Below are positions 39,418 to 51,224 of a stretch of 64,000 bases of DNA, one piece after another. Source of the stretch: Chiloscyllium plagiosum. Taxonomy: Eukaryota. The translations under genes were made by a program, and so were the position numbers. The notes below the pieces were generated by a model. That model did not search any database, was not told where the DNA came from, and saw only the letters and a program-made list of their open reading frames with translations. Within the stretch, counting starts at the first letter, position 1. The number at the start of each line of letters is the position of its first letter. Location: the NCBI RefSeq assembly GCF_004010195.1, contig NC_057755.1:8607320-8671319 (forward strand), given 5' to 3'.

Positions 39418-41843
39418 ACACGTTAGAGCCCGGGTGTCCTTGGAGAAGGAGCACGCGGTGTCCACCAACACCCTGGAGTTGTTCAGGGAGAGGTGGGCGC
39501 CGCAGGGAGTGGAGTGCATCATTTCTCCCTCCAATTCTATTTTGATTTAGTCCCTACCCTCCCCTTCACTGTTTTGATCACACAGCACTGCCCTTTGATG
39601 TGAAGGGCAGTGCTTGTCACTGGCCACCCGGGTGTTTTCCTATCTTCCTGGTGGTGGAATTTGAATAAAGATTCGTGCACTTTGTGTCTTTCACTGTGTC
39701 TCGCACCTGCGCACACACACACCAAAAAAAAAATACAGGAGATACGTTAGAGCCCGGGTGTCCTTGGAGAAGGAGCACGCGGTGTCGACCAACACCCTGG
39801 AGTTGTTCAGGCAGAGGTGGGCGCTGCAGGGAGTGGAGTGCATCACTTCTCCCTCCAACTCTATTTTGATTTAGTCCCTCCCCTCCCCTTCACTGTTTTG
39901 ATCACACAGCACTGCCCTTTGATGTGAAGGGCAGTGCTTGTCACTGGCCACCCGGGTGTTTTCCTATCTTCCTGGTGGTGGAATTTGAATAAAGATTTGT
40001 GCACTTTGTGTCTTTCACTGTGTCTCACACCTGCTCACACACACACACCATGGATGCTGGGGAAAAAAAAATAAGCACTACCGCACTTAGAAAGAAAAAA
40101 AAATAAAAAATAAATTAATAAACAGGAGATTTGGTTACGTTAGGGCCCTGGTGTCCTTGGAGAAGGAGCACGCGGTGTCCACCAACACCCTGGAGTTTTC
40201 AGGGAGAGGTGGGCGCCGCAGGGAGTGGAGTGCATCATTTCTCCCTCCAACTCTATTTTGATTTAGTCCCTACCCTCCCCCTCACTGTTTTGATCACACA
40301 GCACTGCCCTTTGATGTGAAGGGCAGTGTTTGTCACTGGCCACCCGGGTGTTTTCCTTTCTTCCTGACAAAAAAAAAGATAAACAGGAGATTTGGTTACG
40401 TTAGGGTCCGGGTGTCCTTGGAGAAGGAGCACGCGGTATCCACCAACATCCTGGAGTTGTTCAGGGAGAGGTGGGCGCCGCAGGGAGTGGAGTGCATCAT
40501 TTCCCCGTCCAACTCTATTTTGATTTAGTCTCTACCCTCCCTTTCACTGTTTTGATCACACAGCAATGCCCTTGGATGAGAAGGGCAGTGTTTGTCACTG
40601 GCCACCCAGGTGTTTTCCTATCTTCCTGGTAGTGGAAATTGAATAAAAAATTCGTGAACTTTGTGTCTTTCACTGTGTTTCACACGAAAAAAAAAGAAAA
40701 AAAATTTAAAAAAATATTTTAAAAATAAACAGGAGATTTGGTTACGTTAGGGCCCGGGTGTCCTTGGAGAAGGTGCACGCGGTGTCCACCAACACCCTGG
40801 AGTTGTTCAGGGAGAGGTTAGCGCTGCAGGGAGTGGAGTGCATCATTTCTCCCTCCAACTCTATTTTGATTTAGTCCCTCCCCTCCCCTTCACTGTTTTG
40901 ATCACACAGCACTGCCCTTTGATGAAAAAAGAAAATAAAAAATAAACAGGAGACTTGGTTACGTTAGGGCCCAGGTGTCCTTGGAGAAGGAGCACGCGGC
41001 GTCCACCAACACCCTGGAGTTGTTCAGGGAGAGGTGGGCCCTGCAGGGAGTGGAGTGCATTATTTCTCCCTCCAGCTCTATTTTGATTTAGTCCCTACCC
41101 TCCCCTTCACTGTTTTGATCACACTTTGATGTGAAGGGCAGTGCTTGTCACTGGCCACCCGGGTGTTTTCCTATCTTCCTGGTGGTGGAATTTGAATAAA
41201 GATTCGTGCCCTTTGTGTCTTTCACTGTGTCTCACACGTATACACACACACCATGGGTGCTGGGGATAAAATAAGCACTACCGCACTTAGGTGGTAGTGT
41301 GGGGTATAATTAAAAAAATAAAAAAATAAACAGGAGATTTAAACCTCCTCCTCTGCTAATAGAAGAAAAAATAAACAGGAGATTTGGTTACGTTAGGACC
41401 CTGGTGTCCTTGGAGAAGGAGCACGCGGTGTCCACCAACACCCTGGAGTTGTTCAGGGAGAGGTGGGTACCGCAGGGAATGGAGTGCATTATTTCTCCCT
41501 TCAACTCTATTTTGATTTAGTCCCTACACTCCCCTTCACTGTTTTGATCACACAGCACTGCCCTTTGATGTGAAGGGCAGTGCTTGTCACTGGCCACCCG
41601 GGTGTTTTCCTATCTTCCTGGTGGTGAAAATTGAATAAAGATTCGTGCACTTTGTGTCTCTCACTGTGTCTCACCCCTACACACATACACCATGAGTGCT
41701 GGGGAAAAAAATAAGCACTACCGCAATTAGGTGGTAGTGTGGGGGTAATAAAAAAAAGAAAAAAACGAAAAAAGAAAAAGAAAAGAAATAGACAGGAGAT
41801 CCCCCTCCAACTCTATTTTAAAAAAAAAACAAATAAACAGGAG
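39418..41843 (+). mobile_element. Tandem array of seven Tx1-like LINE 3'-end copies plus two micro-inserts, each ending in A-tail + ATAAACAGGAG
   Basis: Units start at 39418, 39742, 40129, 40390, 40736, 40953, (41337), 41382 and (41799). They encode VR(A/V)RVSLEKEHAVSTN(T/I)LELFRERWAPQGVECIISPSNSILI*, which resembles a Tx1 ORF2 C-terminus. Confidence 0.8.
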
Positions 41844-44800
41844 ATTCAGAGTCTCCTCAGTTTCGGAGACTGACTCTGTGCTGTTTGGTGCTACAGTTAG
41901 TTTCTGCTTCCCTTCTTTTCTGGAAGGGGGAAACCTGACTTCTGAACTAGCAGAATTATTTAGCCAGTTTGTTAACTGGCATTCCTTTTAGTGAGGACTG
42001 ATTGTGAAACTCCTAGTGCACATAATGTGTTTCAGGTGGAACTCAGTTCTCATTAGGGGGTTGTTGTCTCACTGGCTGGTTACAGTCTGTGTGTTACTCT
42101 TTTTACTATTTACTTTTTGAGAAAAGGACAATGTGGATTTTATGGTGGGGAGTAGCCCTTGGACTCAAGTTTTCTTTGTTTTTTGTATGTATCCTCACTG
42201 TTTTTGGTGTTTGGACCGAGCCTTCGTGGAAGACATACATTTTACCAGAGGAGCTGTTCCTGTGGGGAGGCCTAGCCCTGGGACTGGGCCACTGAAGATT
42301 GAACACCTGTGTGTGTGCTGGGATGTGAGCAGTTGCTGTATCTTGGAGTCTGGCAGCAGAACTTTCCTTCAGGAGTGGACCATACCCCTGTGAGTTAACT
42401 GAACCTGGACTATGTTCCTGTGAGTGGGCCTGGTTTTCCAAGGCTGGGCCAGGACTCCATGGAGACTGAACACTTGTATGTTGTGCATTTGCTGCCTTCA
42501 GGATTGGACTCTGCCCTTGGTTGCGGACTTTGATTTTACCAACGGACTCTGCAGTTTGGAGCGGACTCTATTTCCAACAATGTACATCGTATACTGGAGT
42601 GGACTCTTCCTAGAAATTGATTCTATATTTTGAAGACTGTATAGATTTGGACTGTGTACCAGAAAGGACTCTGGTTTTTATTTTTTGGTAATTAACTGTA
42701 TTGTCGTGTTTCCTGGGTCTATCACCTGCACTGTCTAGTGTGTCCCTGGGTCTGGCAGGCCTTACTGTGAACTGGGAGGCTCATGGGTCGTCATGAAAGC
42801 TGTCACCCCGAGAGCCGGAGGGCGGGTAGGCCATCCTGTGAACGTGAAGGTTGGTAGGCTCTCTCGAAAGCCGGAGGGTAGGTAGGCTTCCCTGATGCCA
42901 GTCACCCTGAGAGCCAGAGGGTGGGTAGGCCGTTCTGAGCGCTGTTGTCCCGAGAAGGGGTAATCGGGACGGGCTGCTGTAGAGGTGGTCGAAAGGTGTC
43001 AGAGCAGCCGAGCTAGAAGGGGCGTAGGGGCGGGCTGAGATCCGGAAGGCTTGTGGGCTACCCTGCACGCTGTCGTCCCAGGGAGGGGGACGGGCTGTCC
43101 TAGAGGTGGTCGAAAGGTGTGCCAGGATAGCCCACTGGCCGGATGGCACATCGGGATGAGTGAGAGCCCAATGGTAACGTAGGTGCAGGCCGAGAGCCAG
43201 AAGGTGGGTAGCCGTTCTCAGCGCTGTCACCCCGGGCAGGTACTGGGGCGGGCTGTCCTACAGGTGGTCGAAAGGTGCTGAGGGTGGTTAGTGAAGCCGG
43301 AAGGTGGGTAGGCCGTCCTGACCGCTGTCACCCCGGGAGGGTACCAGGGCGGGCTGTCCTAGAGGTGGTCGAAAGGTGTGTCAGGTTCGACCGAGGTCTG
43401 GAAGGGGCATGGGGTGGACCGAGAGCTGGAAGGTGTGTAGGGACGGGCTGCAGTTGAGTGGTCGGAAGGTGGGAGGGACAGAGGCTTGCTGGGTCTGTAT
43501 TGTATGCATCTTTTTATGTAACTGGATTGTCCTTTTATGTACAAATGTCATTGTCACTGTCTTTTATATGTGGAACTGGGATTTGAGGTTTGTCCACATC
43601 TCCCTGAAAACTGGTTGAACGGTAGGGTTTGGGGCCTAGATTTGCTGCTCCTCTCCCTTGTAAAATTGCTGTTGTATACAGCTGTGAATGTTAACTGTTT
43701 TTTATAAACTGTTTTGTAACTGTTTAATAAAATAAAGAAATAAACTGGAACAAAAATTAACAGGAGTTTCAGAGGTCTTCTCAGTTTATGGGGCTGACTC
43801 TATGCTGGCTGGTGTTACAGTCAGTGTGTTACTGTTGGTTTCTGCTTCTTTTTTTGGAGGGGGAAACCTGATTCCTGAACTAGCAGAATTATTTAGCCAG
43901 TTTGTTGACTGGTATTTCTGTTAGTGAGGACTGATTATTAAACTCCTGATGCACATAATGTGTTTCAGGTGTAACTCAGTTCTCATTAGGGGGTTGTTGT
44001 TTCACTGGCTGGTTACAGCCTGTGTGTTACTCTTTTCTCTTCTACTTTTTGAGGAAAGGGCAATGTTAATTTTGTGGTAGGGCTTAGCCTTGGACTCTAG
44101 TTTCCTTTTTTTTGTATGTATCCTGACGGTTTTTGGTGTTTGGACTGAGCCCTTGTGGAAGACATATTTTACCAGATGAGCTGTTCCTGTGGGGAGGCCG
44201 AGTCCTGGGACTGGGCCTCTGAAGATTGAACACCTGTGTGTGTGCTGGGAGGTGAGCAGTTGTTGTATCCAGGAGTTTTGGAGAAGACCTTTCGTTCAGT
44301 AGTGGACCAAACCCCTGTGAGTTAACTGCACCTGTACTATGTACTGTGTTCCTGTGAGTGGGCTTGGCTCTCCAAGGCTGGACCAGGACTCCATCGAGAC
44401 TGAACACCTGTGTTATGTGGGGTGTGCATTTGCTGTCTCCAGGAGTGGACTCTGCCTTTGGTTGCGGACTGTTTTTAGCAACGGACTCTGCAGTTTGGAG
44501 CGGATTCTAATTCTGACATTGCACATTGTATACTGGAGTGGGCTCCTCCTGGAAATGGATTCCATATCTTGAAGACTGTATCGATTTGGACTGTGTACCA
44601 GAAAGGACTGTTTTTTTGGTAGCTAACTGTATTGTGGTGTTTCCTGTGTCTATCACCCGCACTGTCTTGCGTGTCCCTGTGTCTGGCAGGCCTTGCTGTG
44701 AGCTGGGAGACTCATGGTTCGTTCTGAAAGCTGTCACCCCGAGAGCCGGAGGGTGGGTAGGCCATCCTGTGAACCTAAAGGTTGGTAGGCTGTCCTGAAA

Positions 44801-46462
44801 GCCGGAGGGTGGGTAGGCCACCCTGATGCCAGTCGCCCCGAAAGCCAGATGGTGGGTAGGCCGTTCTGAGCACTCTCATCCCGAGAAGGGGTAATCGGGA
44901 CGGTCGGTCCTAGAGGTGGTCGAAAGGTGGGAGGGGCAGGGGCTTGCTGGGTCTGTATTGTCTGCACTTTTGTATGTACCAGTATTGTCTCATGTACAAA
45001 TGTCATTTTCACTGTCTTATCGTATGTCGAACTGGGATTTGAGGTTTGTCCTCATCTCCCTGTAAAATGGTTGAACGTTAGGTTTTGGGGCCTGGCTTTG
45101 CTGCTCCTCTCCCTTGTAAAATTGCTGTCTCATGTGTACAGCTGTAAATGTATTTTGGAAACTGTTTTGTAATTTGTTTAATAAAATAAAAAAAGTAAAA
45201 AGGAGATTCAGAGTCTCCTCAGTTTAGGAGACTGACTCTGTGCTGGCTGGTGCTGCAGTCAGTGTGGTACTGTTAGTTTCTGCTTCCCTTCTTTTCTGGA
45301 AGGGGGAAACTGATTTCTGAACTGGCTGAATTATTTAGCCAGTTTGTGAATTGGCATTCCTGTCAGTGAGGACTGATTGTTAAACCCCCGATACACATAA
45401 TGTGCTTCAGGTGTAACTCAGTTCTCATTAGGGGGTTGCTGTTTCACTGGCTGGATACAGCTTGTGTGTTACTCTTTTCTCTTTCTGAAAAAAGGACAAT
45501 GTTTATTTTGTGGTAGGGCATAGCCCTTGGACTGTAGTTTTCTTTGTTTTTTGTATGTGTCTTCACTTTTTATTGGTGTTTTGACTGAGCCCTGTGGAAA
45601 GCATACATTTTACCAGAGGAGCTGTTCCTGTGGGGAGGCCTAGTCCTGTGTGTGTGCTGGGAGGTGAGTACTTACTGTATCCTGGAGTTTGGGAGAAGAC
45701 CTTGCCTTCAGGAGTGGACCAAAACCCCTGTGAGTTAACTGCACCTGAACAATGTACTATGTTCCTGTGAGTGGGCCTGGTTTTTCAAGGATGGGCCAGG
45801 ACTCCATGGAGACTGAACACCTGTGTGCTGTGGGGTGTGCATTTGCTGCCTTCAGGAGTGGACTCTGCAGTTTGGAGTGGACTCCATTTTGGATAATGCA
45901 CCACAAAAACTGGAGTAGACCGTTTTTGTGAGAATGGACTCTACATTTCGAAGTCTCTACATCTGGACTCTGCGGACCAGCAAGGACTCTGTGTTTTTTT
46001 GTTAATTAACTGTGTATTGTGGTGTTTGTTGGGTCTATCACCTGCACTGTCTTGCGTGTCCCTGGGTCTGGCAGGCCTTACTGTATTGTATGCACTTTTT
46101 TATGTAACTGGATTGTCCTTTTACGTACAAATGTCATTGTCACTGTCTTTTATATGTGAAAGTGGGATTTGAGGTTTCTCCTCATCACCTTGTAAACTGG
46201 TTGAACGGTAAGGTTTGGGGCCTGGCTTTGCTGCTCCTCTCCCTTGTTAAATTGCTGTTTTGTGCGGCTGTAAATGTTAACTGTTTTTTATAAACTGTTT
46301 TATAATTTGTTTAATAAAATTTAAAAAAAAACACGTGTTTCAGAAGTCTTCTCAGTTTAGGGGACTGACTATGTGCTGGCTGAGCACAGTGTGTTGCTAT
46401 TGTAGTTGGTTTCGGCTCCATTTTTTGGTGGTGGGGAAACCTGTTAAAAATAATAAACAGGA
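41844..46462 (+). mobile_element. Four tandem copies of a non-coding, A-tailed element with an LTR-derived 5' leader (element B)
   Basis: Units 41844-43766, 43767-45205, 45206-46337 and 46338-46462. The first three end in aataaa + A-rich tail + degenerate acaggag. They carry a variable internal GC-rich repeat. Confidence 0.75.
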
Positions 46463-46634
46463 AGCTGAGGATTTCAGTCCACGCTGAGAGCTGGCTCCAA
46501 GGAAACCGAACCATGCGATGTCTGATGCATGCGTAAATAAAGGGTGAATTACTGATGGGTCCATGATCCAAGTACTGGCGTTCTTTAAACTGTTTCCTGG
46601 TGTGAAACATCTTATTTTTACGTTGCTTTTCAAT

Positions 46635-47545
46635 CATAGAGTCATACCACAGAGTAACAGAAATCTCAGGCCAAATTGGCCATGCCAACTGGGTTTCCCA
46701 AATTAAGGTAGTCCTATTTTCAGGCGAATTACCAGTTTCCCTCTGAACCTTTCCTGTCCATGTACCCGCGTAAATGTCTTTTAAATATTTGAACTGTTCC
46801 TGCATCCACCACTTTCTCTGGCTATTCATTCCACATATGAACCACCCTCTATATGGTAAACCTGCCCCGCAGTTCTCTTTTAAATCTTTCTCCTTTCTCT
46901 TTAAAATGATGGGCTCCTGTTTTGAGTGCCCCTCCCCCCAACACCTAAGAGAAAATACCTTTATTATTCGCCTTACCCTTTGTATTTAGGATTTTCTAAC
47001 CTCTATAATGTTACCCCTCAGTCTCTTATGCTGGAGAAAAAATAGCCCCAGACTATTCTGCCTATCCTTATGACTCATACTCTCCAGACCTACAACATAC
47101 TGTTAATTTTCAACTGAAACCAAAGTAATACTATTCCTTGGATCGCAGATGACCAGGACTGTACACAGTATTCCAAAACTGGACTCACCCAACGTCCCGT
47201 ACAACCACAATATGACATCCAAATACTTGTACACTGTGATATGAGCTATGAAAGATTCCAAACGCCTTCTTTACTAGCCTGCATACTTGCGACATAGCAT
47301 GAAAACAACTATGTAACTGAACCTTGAGATCTCTCTGTTTGACAGCACTACCCAGTGTCCTTCCATGAACTACAAAAGCCCTTCCCTTCTTCATCTTACA
47401 AAAATGCAACACCTGGCAGTGATCTAAATTAATTTCCATCCGTCGCTCCTCAGCCAAGTGACCCAATTTATCACGATCCCTTTCCAATCTTAGATAACAC
47501 TCACAGTCTGCTATACAACCAATGCTGGTGCCATCTGCAAACTTC
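46635..47545 (-). mobile_element. CR1 LINE remnant
   Basis: RRMEINLDHCQVLHF and KQRDLKVQLH peptides plus 3' UTR. Confidence 0.85.
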
Positions 47546-48027
47546 CAAACAATGCATCAAATGATGTTATTTTCTCAGAGGATAGTGAATATCAGGAGTT
47601 CTCTGCCCAGAAAAATTTGGAAGCTAGATCAGTGAATGTATTCTAAGCAGAGATCGACAAATTTTTGAAATATCAAGGAGTTGAGGGCTTTGTGGAACTG
47701 GAACTGAAGAGTTGTTGTGACTTGAGGCAGATGAACCATGACCTTATCGAACAGCCATCAGGCTATTTCTGCTTCTGTTTCATATGCCCTTATGTCATAT
47801 TTGAATTTATATGGATCATGGAAGTGTGAGGAAAATTCAACTTTTGGAGAAGATCAACATATGAGAGGAAGAGCTTCGAAAGAAATGAAACACCATTTTC
47901 AATCTTGGAACTGTTAAAAGGCTAAGAACAGCGCACAACTACAAGAAGAAAACAGGGCGGACCACACTCAGAAACGGAAACTATGATGTCGGGAGGAGAT
48001 AGAAACAGTGGTAGACTGCTTGGCAGT

Positions 48028-48365
48028 TGCACGGTGGCTCAGTGGTTAACATTGCTGCCTCACAGCGCCATGCACCCTGATTCATCCCACCTTCGGGCGA
48101 CAGTCTGTGTGGTGGTTGAATGTTCTCCCCTCCAGGTGCTCCGGTTTCCTCTTTCAGACCAAAGATGTACAGGATAGGTTGTATGGCCATAGCAAGTTAT
48201 CACATCATATCTGGGAATGTGCAGGTGGCTTTGCCATGTGAAATGCAAAAGTACGGGAATATGTTTGGCGGGGTTTGGGTTCTGTGTTAGATATTCTGAG
48301 GAGGATTGGTGTAGACTCAATGGGTCGAATGGGCTGCTTCCACGCCATTGGCATTCTATGATTCT
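48028..48365 (+). mobile_element. Older V-SINE
   Basis: SINE head and core. Paralog of 29985-30335. Confidence 0.8.
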
Positions 48366-48654
48366 GTGGACTGTCCTTTCGAATCAAATTTCGGAGTATG
48401 AAAGTACTGAAATGGCAGACCTGACGATAGACAAAGATCAATCTCATGGAATACGTTACCCTGTTAGTCTACTTTGTAATAGAACATATATTTGATAAAA
48501 TGATGAAGAAAACTTGCACAAATGAACTTTATCGCTCTCTCCGAGGAGTAAAACAGGAATACATTTAACTCCGTTTCAATAAACTTCAATAAAGTTTGTA
48601 GATGGACAAATTAACTCGTCCCAGGCATTATGCGATGTAATTATTTATTTAACA

Positions 48655-48782
48655 AGGAGAAAGTGAGGGCTGCAGATGCTGGAGATCAGAGTCGAGAATG
48701 TGGTGGTGGAAAAGCACAGCATGTCAGGAAACATCTGAGGAGCAAGACAATCAACTTTTTGGTTAAGATCCCTTCATCAGGT
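48655..48782 (-). mobile_element. Penelope-derived single-arm repeat
   Basis: ggagaaagtgagggctgcagatgctggagatc...cccttcatcag. Absent from the paralogs at ~9480 and ~30870. Confidence 0.7.
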
Positions 48783-49159
48783 GTTCGGTTTATCCAAGTT
48801 CACAGCAGTCAGAACCAGTGGCTGCAGTCATTATATGGGCAGAACACGGTGCTGCTAATCTGATGGTTCGGAATTGAAGTCACTTCACATTGCTCTGTTT
48901 TATAATGTGTGGCACTATGTTACATCTTGCGCAAATGATTGCCCTTTGATAAACAACCAAACAACAAAAAATTGGACACAGGACCAGGAAGCAGAAAATA
49001 TACCTTTCAATATGAACAAATGCTGGAAAATGATTGCAATCATCAGAAAAGGACAAATACATCGTGAACTACGTGGATCATGTAACCAATTCACATACGG
49101 AATAAAAGTGAAAGTTCCATGTACTCATTAGTTTCATGCACTCATTAGTAGACATTTAC

Positions 49160-49700
49160 CACTTTGCATAAGATATTGTGAGCAGTTTTGGGCCCCCTGT
49201 CTACGGAAGGATGTGTTGAACTTGGAGGGGGCTCAGAGGAGATTCATAGGAATAACTTTGTGGATGAGGAATTTGGCATATGAGGAGTGTTTGAGGACTC
49301 TTGATCTGTATGCAGTGGGGTTTATAAATATAACGGGGAATATGACTCAAAAGTACAGTCTGCTAACAGACCTGGATTGAGTGGACATGGAGAAGGCATT
49401 TCCACAATAGGACAGAGCTGGATCCAAGGGGACAGGCTCAGGGTGAAAGGACAAGCCTTTAGAACTGAGATGAGGAATAATTTGTTCAACGAGAATATGG
49501 TAAATCTGTGGAAGCCAATGCCACAGGAAGGCTGTGGAGAAATAAATAGTTTGTTGATGAATGAGGAAATCAAACGATGCATGAAGAAAGCAGGAGAATG
49601 GGGTTAGGAATTATATCAGCCACGACTGAATAGTGGAGCATATTTGCCCTGCTATATAGCCCCATTCTGTTGACTACCTAATGTTCTTGTGATGTTATAG
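49160..49700 (+). mobile_element. Old CR1 3' fragment
   Basis: Paralog of 9862-10407 and 31210-31745. Confidence 0.75.
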
Positions 49701-51085
49701 ATAAGTAGTAAACAATATTTGATGCTCACAAGTATCAAGCAATTGCCGTCTTCAACAAATGAGATTTTAACCAAAGATCTTTGATATTCTTTAACATTGC
49801 CATCATGTAATCCACTACTATCCACATCCTGAAGATTAACCATTACCCAAACCAACTCTGGCTTAGCCACGTTAGTATTGTTACGGCAAGAGCAAGTCAG
49901 AGGCTAGGAATCCTGCTGTGAAACAGACATTTCCTTACACCGTGAAGCCTGACCACCGCCAACAAGGCACAAGTCAGTGGTGTGAGGGAATAGTCCACAC
50001 TTGCCTCGATGGATACAGCTCCAACAACACTAAAGAAGCTCAACATCATCCAGGAGCAGGGAAAATTCTGAAGAAGATTCATAGCAGAATTGCAAACTTA
50101 ACTTTTTTTTAATCTCTATCCATCGAAACTGACAGATCTGGCAGGTATATCCAACATTTTCTTTGGTTATTATAAATAACCAGCATATGTAGTAGTTTAC
50201 CTTTATTCCATAATATATCAGCCCACTTGATATCCAACACATCCACAAGCACTGTCCCCCTCCAACACTGTCGCTCATAGCAGAAGGGTGTACCAACAAC
50301 AATAAACATTGTAGCAACTCACCAAGGTTCACAACACAGCTCTCTCTCTCTCAACCTCACAGCCACTACTGTCTACAAGCATGGGAATGACACCACTTGC
50401 AAAATTGCTTGAAGACACTCAACACCACCATTCCTTCAGTATTTTTGAATCAGTTAAAAGTTATTTTGACAGCTCCATGGAGAGCAAAGGTTTAGGAGGA
50501 TATGGGTCAAATGGAGGAAAATGGGTCTAGTTCAGTTCAGAAAATTGCTAAGCATGGAAGAGTTGGACCGAAGTATCTGTTTCCGTGCTCCGTGACTCAA
50601 TTTGGATGATCTAACACCAAATGGTCCGCAAAGGTTTTAGAAGGAAGCTCACAGCCGCCTTCTGAAGCGGCTTGGAATGGGGAATGAATGTTAAATCAGC
50701 ATGCTCTGCATACTAAATAGAGCGTAAAACATTTCTTTTTAAAAAAGCCCTACTTCATCAGACGGAAGGAAAAAAAATAAAAATGAACTACTCGCGAAAT
50801 CAGTACGATCGCAAAGATGGGAAATAACCAAAGAGAGGGAAAGTTTGTCAAATTTCAATAAAGATTGAGAGAGGTAAGTAGGTTTTACACAAACATAAAA
50901 CCCACAAGATCTCCGGATACTGTAAATCAGAATCAAAATGCAAGTTGCTGGAGAAGTTCTGTGAAAGGGTTACATACCTGAAATGTTATTTCTGATTTCT
51001 CTTCCCAGATGCTAGCAGACTTGCTGATCAGTTCCAGCACCTTCTGTTTTTGTTTACAGAAACATAACTGGATTTAAGGACTTAC

Positions 51086-51155
51086 CAATAATGCCAACAC
51101 CTGCAAGTATCGGGTAGTATATACGTGCTATCTGTAAGATTGCTGAGTATTCCAT
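51086..51155 (-). CDS. Coding exon 1 of the intact GPR139-like GPCR
   Basis: ATG at 51155 encodes MEYSAILQIARIYYPILAGVGII followed by G|GTAAG. 70 nt + 905 nt = 325 codons, with intron 35906-51085. Confidence 0.87.
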
Positions 51156-51224
51156 TCTGTCCCAGTCAGGTCTGTCTGTATCTGTGGAGTCAATGATTCT
51201 GTCCACCAAAATATAATAATATTG

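Larger units (their letters stand above)
39306..46560 (+). mobile_element. Solo family-A LTR split into 39306-39417 and ~46453-46560 by a ~7 kb insertion array
   Basis: Left half ends gatataaacaggag. Right half resumes ataaacaggaag...gagagctggctc...gtaaataaagggtga. Paralog of 6586-7513. Confidence 0.8.

Noticed and set aside
42781..43230. 149-aa Pro/Ala-rich ORF in element B
   Set aside because: Antisense translation of a GC-rich tandem repeat. It is not conserved between units and is absent in unit 3.
39418..46462. CRISPR-like repeat-spacer array
   Set aside because: Eukaryotic context with no cas genes. The repeat is an 11-bp target duplication after poly(A), and the 'spacers' are mostly homologous retroelement pieces.
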